Below are positions 1 through 13,000 of a stretch of 64,000 nucleotides of DNA, in pieces. The stretch is from Octopus vulgaris (Eukaryota): the NCBI GenBank assembly GCA_951406725.2, contig OX597819.1, positions 97,216,001-97,280,000 on the forward strand, in the 5' to 3' direction. The translations under genes and the position numbers were made by a program. Numbering within the stretch: the first letter of the stretch is position 1; each line of letters opens with the position of its first letter. The notes below the pieces were generated by a model. It was not told the origin of the DNA and searched no databases. It saw only the letters and a list, made by a program, of their open reading frames with translations.

Positions 1-142
1 ATAGCGGTTGGTGTTAGGAAGGGCATCTAGCTGTCGAAACCAAACCAAAACAAACTATGGAACCAGGTGCAGCCCTTGGCCTCACCATTTCCTATCAAGC
101 CATCCAATGCAGTGTAGCATGGAAAACAGATGATGATGATGA
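1..142 (+). mobile_element. 3' end of RTE-tailed SINE/LINE ending in (GAT)n
   Basis: GGTTGGTGTTAGGAAGGGCATC...GCATGGAAAACAGATGATGATGATG; the same tail recurs at 880-1040(-), 36240-36545(+), 43885-44050(-) and 62806-62980(-), the last adjoining RTE ORF remnants. Confidence 0.7.
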
Positions 143-244
143 TGGTGATAGGTTTACTTGTTTAGAGCAAACCTGGAGCTAAACGATGACGCCTACCACA
201 TATGAACACAACAGTAGATCAAGTCATTCTTCTACAATAATAAT

Positions 245-462
245 AATGGTTTCAAATTTTACTATAAGGGCAGCAATTTTGGGGGAGGGGATGAGTTGAT
301 TACACCAACACTAGTGTTCAACTGGTACTTATTTTATCAACCCTGAAAGGATGAAGGGTAAGGTCAACCGTGGCATAATTTGAACTCAGAGTGTAGTGAC
401 AGGCATAATACCACTAAGCATTTCATTCAGCACACTAACAATTCTGCCAGCTCACCACCTTA
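245..462 (-). mobile_element. tRNA-derived SINE (MetaSINE-like central domain)
   Basis: Minus strand has an A-box-like head GGTGGTGAGCTGGCAGAATTG, B-box GAGTTCAAAT and core CCTTCATCCTTTCAGGGTTGATAAAATAAGTACCAG, flanked by (AAT)n; many other copies in the window. Confidence 0.75.
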
Positions 463-879
463 ATAATAATAATAATAATTTCTAGCATAAACACCTTAGT
501 GGCTGACGATATGTGCATCTCTGATCATGAGCAGAAGTAGTGGGGGAGCATCATAGCCATGTGTTGAAAGGAATTCTTGGAGGTTTGGATAATTCGCCTT
601 TGGAAACATGGGTGGTTCGTTCAACATCCTTAAGCAATCCTTATTCAGGGACCTTTTGAGCAGGATGGGTTACTCAACCAGAAGAAAATTCTAACTGGGC
701 CCCACCTGCAAGGTCATGCGCTGTTTAACTTGATATGAGATCACGATGTTGCACACATATGGTTGTGATGCATGTACCGAGTGTACCCTTATCAGACAGG
801 TAGTCATGATGGGTATACTGGGCTTCATATATTTTACTCCAGTGTCACTTTGATGGCATGCACTGCTCTCTCACTCAAT

Positions 880-1230
880 CATCATCATCGTTTAACGTCC
901 GCTTTCCATGCTAGCATGGGTTGGACGGTTCAACTGGGGTCTGGCAAGCTCGAAGGCTGCACCAGGCCAGTCAGATCTGGCAGTGTTTCTACAGCTGGAT
1001 GCCCTTCCTAACGCCAACCACTCCGAGAGTGTAGTGGGTGATTTTATGTGCCACCGACACAGGTGCCAGACGAGGCTGGCAGACGGCCACGCTCGGATGG
1101 TGTTTTTATGTGCCACCGACACAGGTGCCAGACGAGGCTGGCAGACGGCCATGCTCGGATGGTGTTTTTATGTGCCACCGACACAGGTGCCAGACGAGGC
1201 TGGCGAACGGCCACACTCAGATGGTGTTTG
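880..1230 (-). mobile_element. RTE-tailed SINE copy with internal 61-bp tandem repeat
   Basis: Starts CATCATCATCGTTTAACGTCCGCTTTCCATGC (reverse complement of the tail); about 3 units of TGTGCCACCGACACAGGTGCCAGACGAGGCTGGC...GATGGTGTTTTTA at 1045-1230; CpGs retained, so young. Confidence 0.75.
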
Positions 1231-1419
1231 TTCATTATTATATTAATAATAAGTTCTAGTATAAGCAGACTGTCAAAAAATTCATGAGAAGGTATTAGTC
1301 AATTAAATCATCTCCAGTACTTGACAGTTGTTCTGTTTTAATAATCCTAGAAGGACAACAAAGTTGCTCTCAGCAGTATATAAATCACTGTAACTAAATT
1401 CCACACGATATTTTGTCAG

Positions 1420-1832
1420 ACCTATAAAACATTTACTTTATTTTAACACCAAGGTTGGACAAAAACATCAAGGACAGTATATAACAGTGCAGGACACTAT
1501 AGTATGGGATTACATAAAAATGTATATAAAAAAAGGAAATAACAGAAAAAAAACAAAAATTCAAGCAAAAAAATATTCCCATAAAGGTAAACTTGTGAGG
1601 GCTACTTGTAGAAACCTCACAAAACTACAGTCACGCCAGCTCCTAAAGTGAGTGCCCTTTCCCAAATTGTCCTCCACTCATCTACAAAGTGCATACTTAG
1701 AGCAGGCCTATTCACTCAGACCAAGCTTGAAACTCCTCCACCTTTTAGCAAATTTGCTTAGAAGCAGCAATAACCTATCCACCATCACTTTCCTTTTCAA
1801 AAGAAACTTGAAAAAGTTGAGGGCTTGGCCTG
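1420..1832 (-). mobile_element. 3' end of L1/Tx1-clade non-LTR retrotransposon
   Basis: Minus-strand translation GQALNFFKFLLKRKVMVDRLLLLLSKFAKRW resembles the Tx1 ORF2 C-terminus, followed by a T-rich 3'UTR and AATAAA. Confidence 0.55.
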
Positions 1833-2124
1833 TTTCTAATTCAAGCACAAGGCCAGTAATTCTGAATTTGTTTAATAAGCAATACTAAATGGTTTGTGTT
1901 TGAATGCATTTTGCACTAACTGCTATAAAACCTAACAACTACTGTGGGCACATTGTTAAAGCTTTTTGTTAAACTTGTTTACACACAAAACCCTCAGAAC
2001 ATACACACATTCAATGTTTTGTCCTGCACTGTCCAAGTTTTTCTTGACTGGTACTTTATCTACCATTGAAAGGCAAAGTTGACGTCAACATGCTTGGCTT
2101 AATGAAAATAATAATAATAATAAT

Positions 2125-2414
2125 TCTATCTACAATAGGCACAAGGTCTGAAATTGGGGTGGGGCAGTGTCCAACTGGTACTATATTATCAACCCTGAAA
2201 GGGTGAAAGGTAAAGTCAACCTTAGTGGAATTTGAACTCAGAATATAAAGCTAGAAGAAATACTAGGCATGGCTGTGTGGTAAGAAGCTTGCTTTCTAAC
2301 CACATGTGCTGGGTTCAGTCCCACTGCATGGCATCTTGGGCAAGTGTATTCTACTATAGCCTTACACTGACCACAGCCTTGTAAATGGATTTGGTAAACA
2401 GAAACTAGAAACCC

Positions 2415-2477
<63 letters not shown>

Positions 2478-2479
2478 GC

Positions 2480-2515
<36 letters not shown>

Positions 2516-2798
2516 GAGTGTGTCTTTGTGTCTGTGTTTGTACCCCACTATTGCTTGACAACTGGGGTTTGTATGTGTATGTTCCTATAACTTCTGAGTT
2601 TGGTAAAAAAAAAAAGCCAATAGAATAAGTACCAAGTTTAGCAAAAAGTTAAGTACTGGGGTCAATATATTTGACTACAAAAACATTCTTTAGGGGGGTG
2701 TCCCAGCATGGCTGCAGTCTAATAACTGAAATAAGTAAAATATGTAAGACAAGCATTTTGTCCAGTGTGCTAGCAATTCTGCCAGCTCACCACCTTAA
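2125..2798. mobile_element. Nested SINEs: CORE-type SINE composite (+, ~2266-2748) inside a MetaSINE-like SINE (-)
   Basis: Host SINE breaks after ...GAAGAAATACT and resumes at AAGCATTTTGTCCAG (~2751); insert begins GGCATGGCTGTGTGGTAAGAAGC, has CTTGGGCAAGTG and a (TG)n(TA)n tract. Confidence 0.7.
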
Positions 2799-3569
2799 TA
2801 ATAAGGATAGTGATAATAATGATTTATGATAAGTAAACTGACAGTAAACTACACTGAGGTAAGACAGACCTTGCCTTTATCCCCAAGAATTTGCTTAATA
2901 AGCAATAGTTAGAGGTTTACTCTCAGACTCATTAGGAAGAAAAAAGTCTTAGAAGCAACTGATGATCAATTCAGCTATTTCTATATGAAGACAGATTAGT
3001 ATAACACACTTCAAGAAGGACAAGAGAGGGAATAAAACAGATTGCTGGAAGCTATTTTACTGATTGATGAAGGACGAAAGCGTCATTTGAAGCTTCAACA
3101 AGTGAAGCATGAAATACCATGACACAGTGAAGGGCTGGAACACAGAAGGATAATCATTTCGTTTTGCTAATAAAGACATAAGAAATACCATAATGTCCCT
3201 TAATAATGCTTTGAACACTGTATTTTATTGTTTTCGTGTTAAAGTGATTTACTCTCCAAGCTCTCTTTCTCTTTCTCTCCACATACACCTCACGGAATAC
3301 CCAGAATGCTAACAATTTGACAACTCTTACTCTGAAGTAGCCACATTATATCCCAATCACTTTCATCCTTAGACCAGTACAGCTACTCAACTTAACAAGG
3401 GAAATGGGTGGATTGGACAGAATGACTGGCAAAATGGTGGTGGATTAGACAGAATCAGCAGAATGAGGGATAAAATGCTTTGTGTTACTAAAAATATATC
3501 TTTAAATTATGAGTTCAAATCATACCATTATTTACATTCGACAGATATTTGTCCTAATCATGTTTGTTG

Positions 3570-3614
3570 TTAACATGTTTCAGCTGATATACCCTCCAGC
3601 CTTCTTCAGGTGTC
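3570..3614 (-). ncRNA. Minimal type I hammerhead ribozyme-like motif (degenerate)
   Basis: Minus strand gacac-CTGAAGA-a-GGCTG-gagggtatat-CAGCT-GAAA-catgtt: both core boxes and stem II present, palindromic AACATGTT in the stem III position; stem I 3' arm damaged. Confidence 0.6.
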
Positions 3615-3691
3615 TTGGGGAAATTTCAAACCTGGGTTCTCATTCTTAAGGTATTTTTAGATATTATTATTATTATTGTTGTTATTGATCA

Positions 3692-3764
3692 GGTCACTGC
3701 TTGGAATCGAACTCAGAGTCTTGGGGTTAGTAGCCTGTGCGCTTAACCACTACGCCATATGCCC
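3692..3764 (-). promoter_or_regulatory. tRNA-like Pol III cassette inside Penelope pLTR (not a real tRNA gene)
   Basis: Minus strand A-box TGGCGTAGTGG, anticodon-like arm GG-CT-ACT-AA-CC, B-box GAGTTCGATTCC; acceptor stem does not pair well. Confidence 0.65.
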
Positions 3765-4135
3765 ATGGGCATATGGCGTAGTAGTTAATGTAAATAATGT
3801 ACATAATTCCTCATCTCTTAAATATAGAACTGTACAAATCATACCAGATAGACAGTGTGTTTCATCTATCTGAGCATGGCACCTATAAGTAACATACCAG
3901 TTGAGTACTGAGGTAGATCTAATTGATTATAGACATTCTCCAAGTTTGAAATTAAGAGTCTACATTCGAAATCAATATGTAATGGTATCATACCACTCTA
4001 TTGGCTGGCTTGATAATGTACCTCATGTGGTGTTGGAGTTGGTGGTGGTGTCTGTGGTAATGGTAATAAAATCATATCATGCTGATACAATGGTACCAGC
4101 AGACATAAATTAAGCCATGCCTAAGGATTAAAATA

Positions 4136-4363
4136 TTAACCCTTTAGCATTTAAAATGGCTATATCCAGCTAAGATATCCTACTTATTTTATGTTGAAAC
4201 TGACCAGATCTGGCCTGTCACACTTACTCTACAATATCATTCTAAAAGTAAACACTGGCGTCATTGAAATTCCAAAGCTACAAGATAATGCATGACTAAT
4301 TCAAATCAATGTGATTAAATAAACATTACACTTGATGGAGTAATCTGAATGCTAAAGGGTTAA
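4136..4363. mobile_element. piggyBac-type MITE
   Basis: TTAA-CCCTTTAGCATT...AATGCTAAAGGG-TTAA: TIRs with TTAA TSD; degenerate relative at ~8372-8580. Confidence 0.8.
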
Positions 4364-6227
4364 GTATGTGAAGTACACCCTTCTTGCCTCCATTTCAATA
4401 CACATTAAGACACACACCCTGACCACATTTTATTATATAATCAGACACACACCCTTCCAATTCTTCCATGATATATAATAAAGCATACACCCTTTTTATC
4501 ATTCCATTACACAAACAAAAACACGGATTTAAAATGTTAATAAATAAAATCAAAATGGTTTGTGTTTGAATGCATTTTGCATTAACTGCTATTAAACCTA
4601 ACAACTACTGTGGGCACATTGTTAAAGCTTTTTGTTAAACTTGTTTACACACAAAACCCTCAGAACATACACACATTCAATGTTTGGTCCTGTACTGTCC
4701 AAGTTTTTCTTGATGTAAACCCTTTATGGTCAATAAAGAAATCATCATTATCATTATTATTATTATTATCTGAAGAAAGTAGTGTTCGTAGGTATTTACA
4801 TTTGTGTTACCAATTTTAGTATTTTCTACACACCCTTTGCTTGACTAGGAAATTATATGTTGGATAAAACTGGGTGACATATTTAAAGGCCAAAAGTAAA
4901 ATTTAAGAAAGAAAAATTATTCTTTATTCTTTATATAATCTTTGACAAAAAAAATAACTTTTATATTTTTATGATATATGATGTGCTCATTTCACAGAGA
5001 AAAATTTAATGTTGGCATTAGAAATTCTTATTTCTAAGATGAAATTCAATGACTGAATGAGATCATCTTAGAAACAATTTTGTTTCTCCACAGTAACTAT
5101 ATCATATTTCTGACATGGATTACTGTAGGGCTAGACTAGAGAGAGTTAAAGAACAATTCAATAGCAGAGTTTTGGTGATAAGATTTTATTTCTCAGCCAG
5201 AAACAACATTCCAAAAGGCAATCTGTTCTTAAAATTATTTAAAAGTAAATGACAGTAATAATCATGAAGATTATTTAGTTTTGATGTATTCAGTTTTATT
5301 TGTTATTGTCTGAATCTTTTCTTCAACAAGGCCAACAGGGAACTAGTTCAAACAACTATTGAGTTGTGTTGTTATATGAGGTCATAGTTACATGTAATTC
5401 ATCTGTCACCTTCTTACTGCTAGTAAATAATCACACACACACACACACACACACGTGTGCATGAACACAATTTATTGTGAACAATAAATCTTTCTTCTTT
5501 CAATATTTCTCAGGTGTTAAAAATAACACATTTCATAGTTAAATCATAAAATCACATTTCTTAAATCTTTTTTACAGCTTTTAGTAATTAATCATTGGTC
5601 ATGCTGGGGCACCATTATTTAGGGAATAGTTGCTAACATCCATCCTGACACGTGTTGTAGATTGCTAATTATTTCACCAGTGTAACAAGGATGAAACTAA
5701 AGACCTGAGCAGGATTTGAACTCAAACCATAAAAGAACAAAACTATATAAAGTGAAATACTTTGATTAATGCTCTTCCAATTTTGCCCTCTGTTCCTAGC
5801 TAAACTCAGCTCAACTTTCTGCTTCCAATATACCTAGGGTAGGTAACAGGCCAAAGACTGAAAGATATCTTACAGGGAATATTTGAGAGAATATTTTAGA
5901 AGGGACTTATCATTGTTGTCACCATTGTTTCAACATCTACTTTTCTATATAGACATAAGTTGGATAGGTTTACCACAAAATACTTATTTTGTCTGAGACA
6001 CAAAGCACAGACATACACACACAGATACCACATACATTGTAAATGAAATTAACAATGTAAAAAGACAACACAGAAAGAACAAGTATTACAGTATTAGCTA
6101 TTATAGTATCAGTTTCATGCATTAATGGAAAGAGAAATAGTCTAAACATTTCCAATGTTAGTATTTTATCAGAAGAAAGAGAAAAGCATAGGGAGAGTGA
6201 AAAAGAGGAATAGTCAATGAGAAAAAG

Positions 6228-6265
<38 letters not shown>

Positions 6266-9200
6266 CACACACACACACATATATATACATAAACATATGT
6301 ATACATAGATACACATATATAGGTATACATATATGATAAGGCATGTGGCTTAAGTGGTTTGGATGTTGGGCTCACAACCACAAGGCCATGGGTTTGATTT
6401 CTGAACAGGGTAGCACATTGTGTTCAAATGTAAGACGTTTCATTTCACATTGCTTGAGTTTAGTCAAAAAAAATAAGTGCCAGCCTAGTGCTAGTATAGT
6501 CCTCTCTCCTTCTAGCTGTCACATCCCAACTACTCTGGTGAGGAAGAGGCTGACAGGGTGTGTATATCTACAGACATTAACTTAAACAATTGGCAAAATC
6601 ATGGTACATGCTCTGAGGCCATAATCTCTTGCAAAGTGATAGCTTTGGTATGGTTTTATACACACACACATACACACAGAGCTTCTGTATTGTTTCCAGG
6701 CAGTTTCAGTGAACCAAATTCTATTCCCATGGCACTGGTCAATCTGGGATTATGGAAGAAAACAATCATACATACTTTCCCAAAGTATCACACAGTGGAC
6801 CCAAGCTTAGAACCATGTGGCAGTGAAGCAATCATAGAGAGTTACTTGAGTATCTTTCTCAGCTTAACTGACACTAATGGCACAAGAAGTTGATGTGAGG
6901 AGTAAACTTCGTTTACTTATATCAAAATAGATCATGAGAAACAACCACCAACTAACTGGACAAGTTACTATTCTTACATTTAAAGTCAGTAATTCCAACT
7001 TAACTGCAATCATCTGTAAAAATTACTAACTTCCTGCCATCATGGTAACCATAGCAACTGACATAGTGATATATCCTTATATTTTAGATGAAAACCGTTG
7101 CTATAGCAACTTTTCTGATAAATTTGATTTTCATATTCTTCCAACAAAAAGAATGAAATGGTGTGATAAAATATTCAATATCTGGAGATTTTTATTAAAC
7201 AATATTAAAATGATGCAACTGTTTTGTCCCAAATTTTGAGTTTTTTTTTTTTTCCTTTTACTTTTATAAGTAATAAATAATGTATTTATCAATACCATTT
7301 GTCAGTATGCCAATAAATGGACTGTAATAACAGGTTAGAATTACTGCCAGAATTCCAAAACATACAGAATATATGTGAACATCAGCATATCTAGGTTCAT
7401 TACAGTAGCCTACATGCAAATGCACTATGGCAGACGTATGCTAATACTTCAAGGGTGAAATGTGGAATATTCAGGGAAGACTGTAATTTGATCTCAAACA
7501 TTTGATCAGTCAACAAGGCAATAAGAAGAAGATAACTAAAATTAGTCAATTAACATACTATGTGGATGTACTATAATATTTTACATCTAGTTATCTCTAA
7601 CTAGAGTAGAGTTCCTCAAACTTTGCATACTTGTGGGTTTACAAAACACTTGACATGATTTTCAGCAATAAAATCATCCCAGAGTTTCAACTTATAACTT
7701 TATGTACATTCATTTTACTCTGGTCAATGAAACAAGATATTGCATAGTTAATCCAAGTTATCATAAAGATAACTGAGGTTAATAATTTTTTAGCTTCCAA
7801 CAAAGAGTTTTTAGTTTGGTTAAAAGTTAAACATAATTTCTTGATGCAATTTGAAAATCATCAGAATTTTTCAACACAATAACCAGCACACTTCAGCATT
7901 TAATAAAGTTATAAGCAGACTCTCCATATTTTCACATAACTGAAAATTTTTGCAATCAGTGGCCTTGATTTAATAAAACTGACCAATTTTACAGCATCAT
8001 TTATTACTAATTTCAGATTTTGAAGTGTTTGATGATGAAGATAACAGTGAATACTTTCAACATTGATTTTTTTTTTTTCATTTTGAATTAAAAATGAAGC
8101 CCTGACAAATACAAAATTGAATTAATAATCTTATTTTGCTTTCAACAGAAAAATTTAATTTTTAGCTATATCAAGAGTAGAAATTTCAAGTGGAACTTAG
8201 CACTATGACAAAAAGAATGAAAATGGATTTTTCACAGATAATGTTGTATACACAGATAATCTTTAGAGACATACATCAAATTACAATATAACTTAAGAAA
8301 TAAGATTTTCTTATACAGTTCATGTTTTGTCATATAGATGATTTAGATATAAAAACTAAATAATGATAATATTAAACCATTGTACTTGTTTTATGTTCAA
8401 ACTGGTTATGATCCAGCATTTAATACCTACCCTAAATTTTGATGATGTGATTTATTTTTACAATGATATCAAAATCTGGAAGTTACAAGATAATGCACAA
8501 TAAAAACAAAAACAAAAAAAAAACAAATTGAATAAATAAGAATTACATTTAACTGAGTAATCTGCATGCTGAAGGGTTAATTATATATACTGTTAATGTT
8601 ACTTTAGTCATTCCAATATTCAATTATGATATAAAACCAGAATTTCTATTCACATTTGATTTTTTTCCATGCATAGGATAAACATTACAAATATCTACAC
8701 TCTCAAGATATTTTCCAGTTTTGCTTAGTTTTGGATTATCTAATTAGAAATAAACATTTTGGGATAGTTTAGTACCAAAAGAAACATTTTGTTTACAAAT
8801 AACTATAATTCTAGGCACTTTTGGACAAAACCAATACCATATCTTAAATACAAAATTGAGAAAGACATGAAAAGAATAGGCAATTTAATTATAAAGCAGA
8901 CATGGCTGCATAGTTAAGAAGTCTGCTTTGTAACCCTGTGGTTATGGGTTTGTGTATAAACAAACATCATAGGCAAGTGTCTTCTGCAATAGCCTCAAGT
9001 CAACCAATGTCCTATGGCAAAAACTTGGTAGAAAGCTAACTGTACTGAGGCCTGTCATATATGTGGCTGTATTGTGTGTATGTGTGTTGGTGGTGGGGGG
9101 AGTATGTTGTGTGTGTGCATATGTATTTGTATCTTCCCCCATGTGTGTTATAAACATTGCTCACAAAAATAAGCTTAAAACAATATCACTATTTAGGAAG

Positions 9201-9854
9201 CAGTGTCATTGTTTGTATCTGCTGTAACATGTCTGCTTCATCAGGTAAAAAACCAAGACGCAATAAGTACCTTACTTGAAAACAAAGGTTGACAATAGGA
9301 AAGTGTATCTGGCCATAAAATACTACCTCAATAAGCCTTGGCGAAACCATGCCAGCATGAAAAAGAGGAAAAGGTAACTATAAAAATGATGATTATGTGA
9401 TGATGATAATCCACATATAGTTTTTGAATGTGTGTAAATATATTCTTGGCCATAAACCAAATCTTGCAGTTTTTTTTTCCAGCCCCACTGTCTGCCAAAT
9501 CCATTCAAAGCTGACCAAAACATTGAATGGATTTGTCAGACAGAAACTGAAAGAAGCCAGTTGTATGTGTGTGTGTGTACTCTTGTCTTAACATTATTTG
9601 ATGACAAGCAATGCTATTTGTTTTCAGTCTTCCATGAAAATATTACCAGAAATATTTGCCCAGAAATATTACCAGGTGAGTAGAGGTGATGAAAAGACCT
9701 TCCAGCCCAAGAAAATTTGCTTTAACAAATTCCTTCTGATCTATGTAAGCATAGAAAATGAATGTTAAAAGCGATTATGATGAGAAATAGATGAATGTGT
9801 TCATACATACATACATACATACATACATACATACATACATACATACATACACAC

Positions 9855-9903
<49 letters not shown>

Positions 9904-10144
9904 AGAAATTAAAATGTCAAAAGAAAAACAATTATGCTATAAACTTCATTACCTTACATCTGTTTCTGCTATAAGCTGCAACACACTCATAGTTGAATGC
10001 TTAAGTATCACCCTATAGCTTCATCAGAGTTTTAAACATAAAGCGCAATTTTATTTGGGAAAGCATTTACATTTTTATACATACACAGAAAAGCATGTCC
10101 TTGTGCGAATTCATTTTATGAGGCATTGGCCCTTGTATGCCACT

Positions 10145-10325
10145 GTCTTTGGGTGGAACTCTCATTTGAGAGTAGAAATGTCTTTAAGTGGATCTGTCAT
10201 TGGGTGGGACTGTTACTGGGTGGAAATGTCTTTAAGTGGATCTGTCATCGGGTGGCACTGTTACTGGGTGGAAATGTCTTTAAGTGGAATTGTTTTTCAA
10301 TAGAACTGTCTTAGGGTGGAATTCT
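10145..10325. repeat. 16-bp unit tandem array with 48-bp higher-order period
   Basis: Units like TGGGTGGAAATGTCTT / TAAGTGGATCTGTCAT / TGGGTGGGACTGTTAC repeated about 11 times. Confidence 0.8.
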
Positions 10326-11134
10326 CAACAAAACTATATGCAGTAGGAATGGAAATTTAAGTTTTTATTGTAATCTCAAAACCTGTTACTTAAAACTACA
10401 AACAGCTTTACAGTAAACCGTGTTTATCTTGATTATATGATTAATTAGAATAAACGCAAATACAAACAAGTTTCTATATTCAATTTGGCATTAAATTTAG
10501 CAACATAACAGCTATTAAAATATTGATATACCACAGTTTATATTGCTAAAACCAGTGAAAGAACTAACAACAGCTGTTACAGAGCCAATGAACTTGAAAA
10601 TACCACAACCTACAAAGTAACCACTACATTGCAGCTCATCTTGCTGGAAATAGCAGCTAAATCTTTTTGAAATCACAGCCTACCACCTTAAATAAAGAAA
10701 TAATGTAGTTGTAGATATTCTTAAGTAAACATGATGGTCATTGCTGGAATGTCTCTGATCATAGATATAACTGATCACAGAACTGGATAACAACAGTAGC
10801 AACAGCTATACACTTTATATTGTCTAGTTTGCCAGAGTCTGCTAGCTAATGAAGGAGCCTCTACATGGTGTGTGGGTGTGTGTGTGTCTATCTGTCTGTC
10901 TGTGTATACGTGTGTGTGTTGGTAAGTCAAGAAAGCTGTGTTCCAGAAACTTGGTAATATAAAAGGAAATTTGAGTGTGAACTTTATCAGGAACGATTAA
11001 TTTTTAAAAAAAATTAAAATGACCAAAAATTATCTTACACTCAAATAAATAAATACACACAAACAAACACTCAAGCAAAGCAAAACACACACACCAATGC
11101 AAAGTGATGCATATACGGAGGGATATTTGCACCA

Positions 11135-11138
<4 letters not shown>

Positions 11139-11167
<29 letters not shown>

Positions 11168-11192
11168 TATTATTATTATTATTATTATTATT
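11139..11192. repeat. (AAT)n(ATT)n self-complementary microsatellite
   Basis: Direct reading: an AAT run switches to an ATT run. Confidence 0.9.
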
Positions 11193-11769
11193 ATCATTAT
11201 GACAGTAAGAATATGAAGAATTTTAATCTCTCAAATGTCATTTAATATTGAACCTGACTTTAAATGTCAGATTTTGTTTATTTTGAATCAATTGCTTCTA
11301 CTGTTGTTGTTGTTGTTGCTGCTGCTGCTGCAGCTGCTGTTACTGCAGCATTTATTCTGTTTGGTGCAACTATGTTGGACCAAACATTACTGCATGCGCT
11401 ATGCTCTCCCTCAGCTCTAGCCTGACATTTAGTTCAATTACCAAAAGAAATCATAGTGAACAGGTACCCCTAATAAACCGAGGTACTATTAATATACACA
11501 AATATACTGTAGATAGTTATTAACAATATTAAAGTAATTACCCTTCCAAAGATAGTAGAGGTGGTGGTGGTCTAACATACATAACACCAGAGTTTCAATT
11601 CTTGTTTCATTTATAATGGTTGTAATGATGGTGGTGGTGGTGGTGATGACAACAATGACAGTGATGACGATGATATGACTTTGATAATGATCATGATGGT
11701 GTTGACAGGACTGACCTGATAAACAGCAATGGTGACATTAAGATACAATCAATGCTTGCTTTCTACTCC

Positions 11770-13000
11770 ACCTCTGTACCTCTGTAGCGCTGATCTTCAT
11801 TATCTTCAAGTTCATCTCTTCACTTTCTCTTCTCAGCCAGTACTTATCTATTATAACATCTCATGTCTCTAGTGATATCTACTTCTCTCGACATTTTCCT
11901 CTCTTTCTTCAATTTTCTTAATGGTAATGTCTGAATTTACTGATATATCCATTTTTGCATTTAATGTGACATATTGGTTATTGGAGTGCAACTAATATGA
12001 TGAAACTTTCATTAAATTTGCAAATATCAAAAAGGCTTTGGGATATTTTTATTTTTAAATTTGAAAACAGAAATTATTTTGTTTATGTTTAAAGTGTCTT
12101 TAACCATGCATTGATCAGAACTAACGTCTGCTTCTCGAATCACACAAATCTCAAACAGATTTTTGTCATTGCCTGCTACTATATGAGCTACTACCTGGAA
12201 GAAATTCAGGTTTTCTTGTCTAATAATTTACCATCTAAGAACATTTTGGTTACTGTAAGATTTTACTTTGCATAGAATTCCAAGACTCTCAATAGGTTTT
12301 CTGTCAACTGTTAAGAATATGCCAAAGGCAGCCTCCCATCTAACCTTCCTCTGTCTTCACTGGACAAAATCATCCACAATAATTACAATATCCTATTTAC
12401 ATATTTCCTCTTATTCAACTGAAAGTAAATATTTTCTTTCATTTCTTTTCTACTCTAGGCACAAGGCCCAAAATTTTAGGGGAGGGGGCCTGTCGATTAG
12501 ATCAACCCCAGTATGCAACTGGTACTTATTTGATCGACCCCGAAAGGATGAAAGGCAGAGTCGATCTCGGCAGAGTTTGAACTTGGAACATAAAGACAGA
12601 CAAAATACTGCTAAGCATTTCGCCTGGCATGCTAATGTTTCTGCCAGCTTGCCGCCCTTTCATTTCATCATCAACACCATTTATTGACATGTAGACTTGT
12701 AGTACTGTTGACTTGGTATGAACTGTAACAAGTTATGAGTGGCACTATGATGATTTAGTTGGACACTTGTGCAATAAGATGACATCCAAGAATAGCCGAT
12801 CTTGCTTGCAGTTAATAGAAGAAATCTTGGCCTGAGAAATCTTAGTAGTTCTACCATTTTATTTAGTACAACTTTAAGCAATATCTTGTTAAATTAGTAA
12901 ACTTTTCCCATGCAAGAATGAAACAAAAGTGCCAATTGGTGACACTCATATTACATACAGTTACTTAAATATACTTGGGCACATAGAAAGACTTCCATCT
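11770..13000 (-). mobile_element. Degraded RTE-like LINE, APE endonuclease region, interrupted by a SINE at ~12445-12658
   Basis: Minus strand CVIREADVSSDQCMVK (~12100-12150) matches the APE C-terminal R.AD..SDH motif; PRFLLLTASK near 12820; many stops. Confidence 0.5.
12445..12658 (-). mobile_element. tRNA-derived SINE (MetaSINE-like), young copy
   Basis: Same family as 245-462, with CpGs retained (GTCGATTAG, GATCGACCCCGAAAGGATGAAAGGC). Confidence 0.8.

Larger units (their letters stand above)
3528..3834. mobile_element. Solo Penelope pseudo-LTR insertion (inverted copy plus internally deleted direct copy)
   Basis: Homologous to both ends of the Penelope-like element at 19441-21188; flanked by 12-bp direct repeat CAAATCATACCA (3516-3527 and 3835-3846); inserted in a degenerate SINE. 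Confidence 0.8.

Noticed and set aside
1045-1230. CRISPR-like regularly spaced repeats (also 10145-10325, 25560-25695)
   Set aside because: Pure tandem units without unique spacers, no cas genes, eukaryotic context.
772-1287. Cluster of six overlapping ORFs
   Set aside because: Produced by a GC-richer SINE and its 61-bp tandem repeat; no protein-like signal.
3060-3090. TGATGA...GAAA hammerhead-like string
   Set aside because: No stem II can form between the boxes and C3 is absent.
3692-3764. tRNA-Ser(ACT) gene
   Set aside because: Poor acceptor stem, anticodon not normally used in eukaryotes, and part of a transposon repeat; kept only as a tRNA-like cassette.
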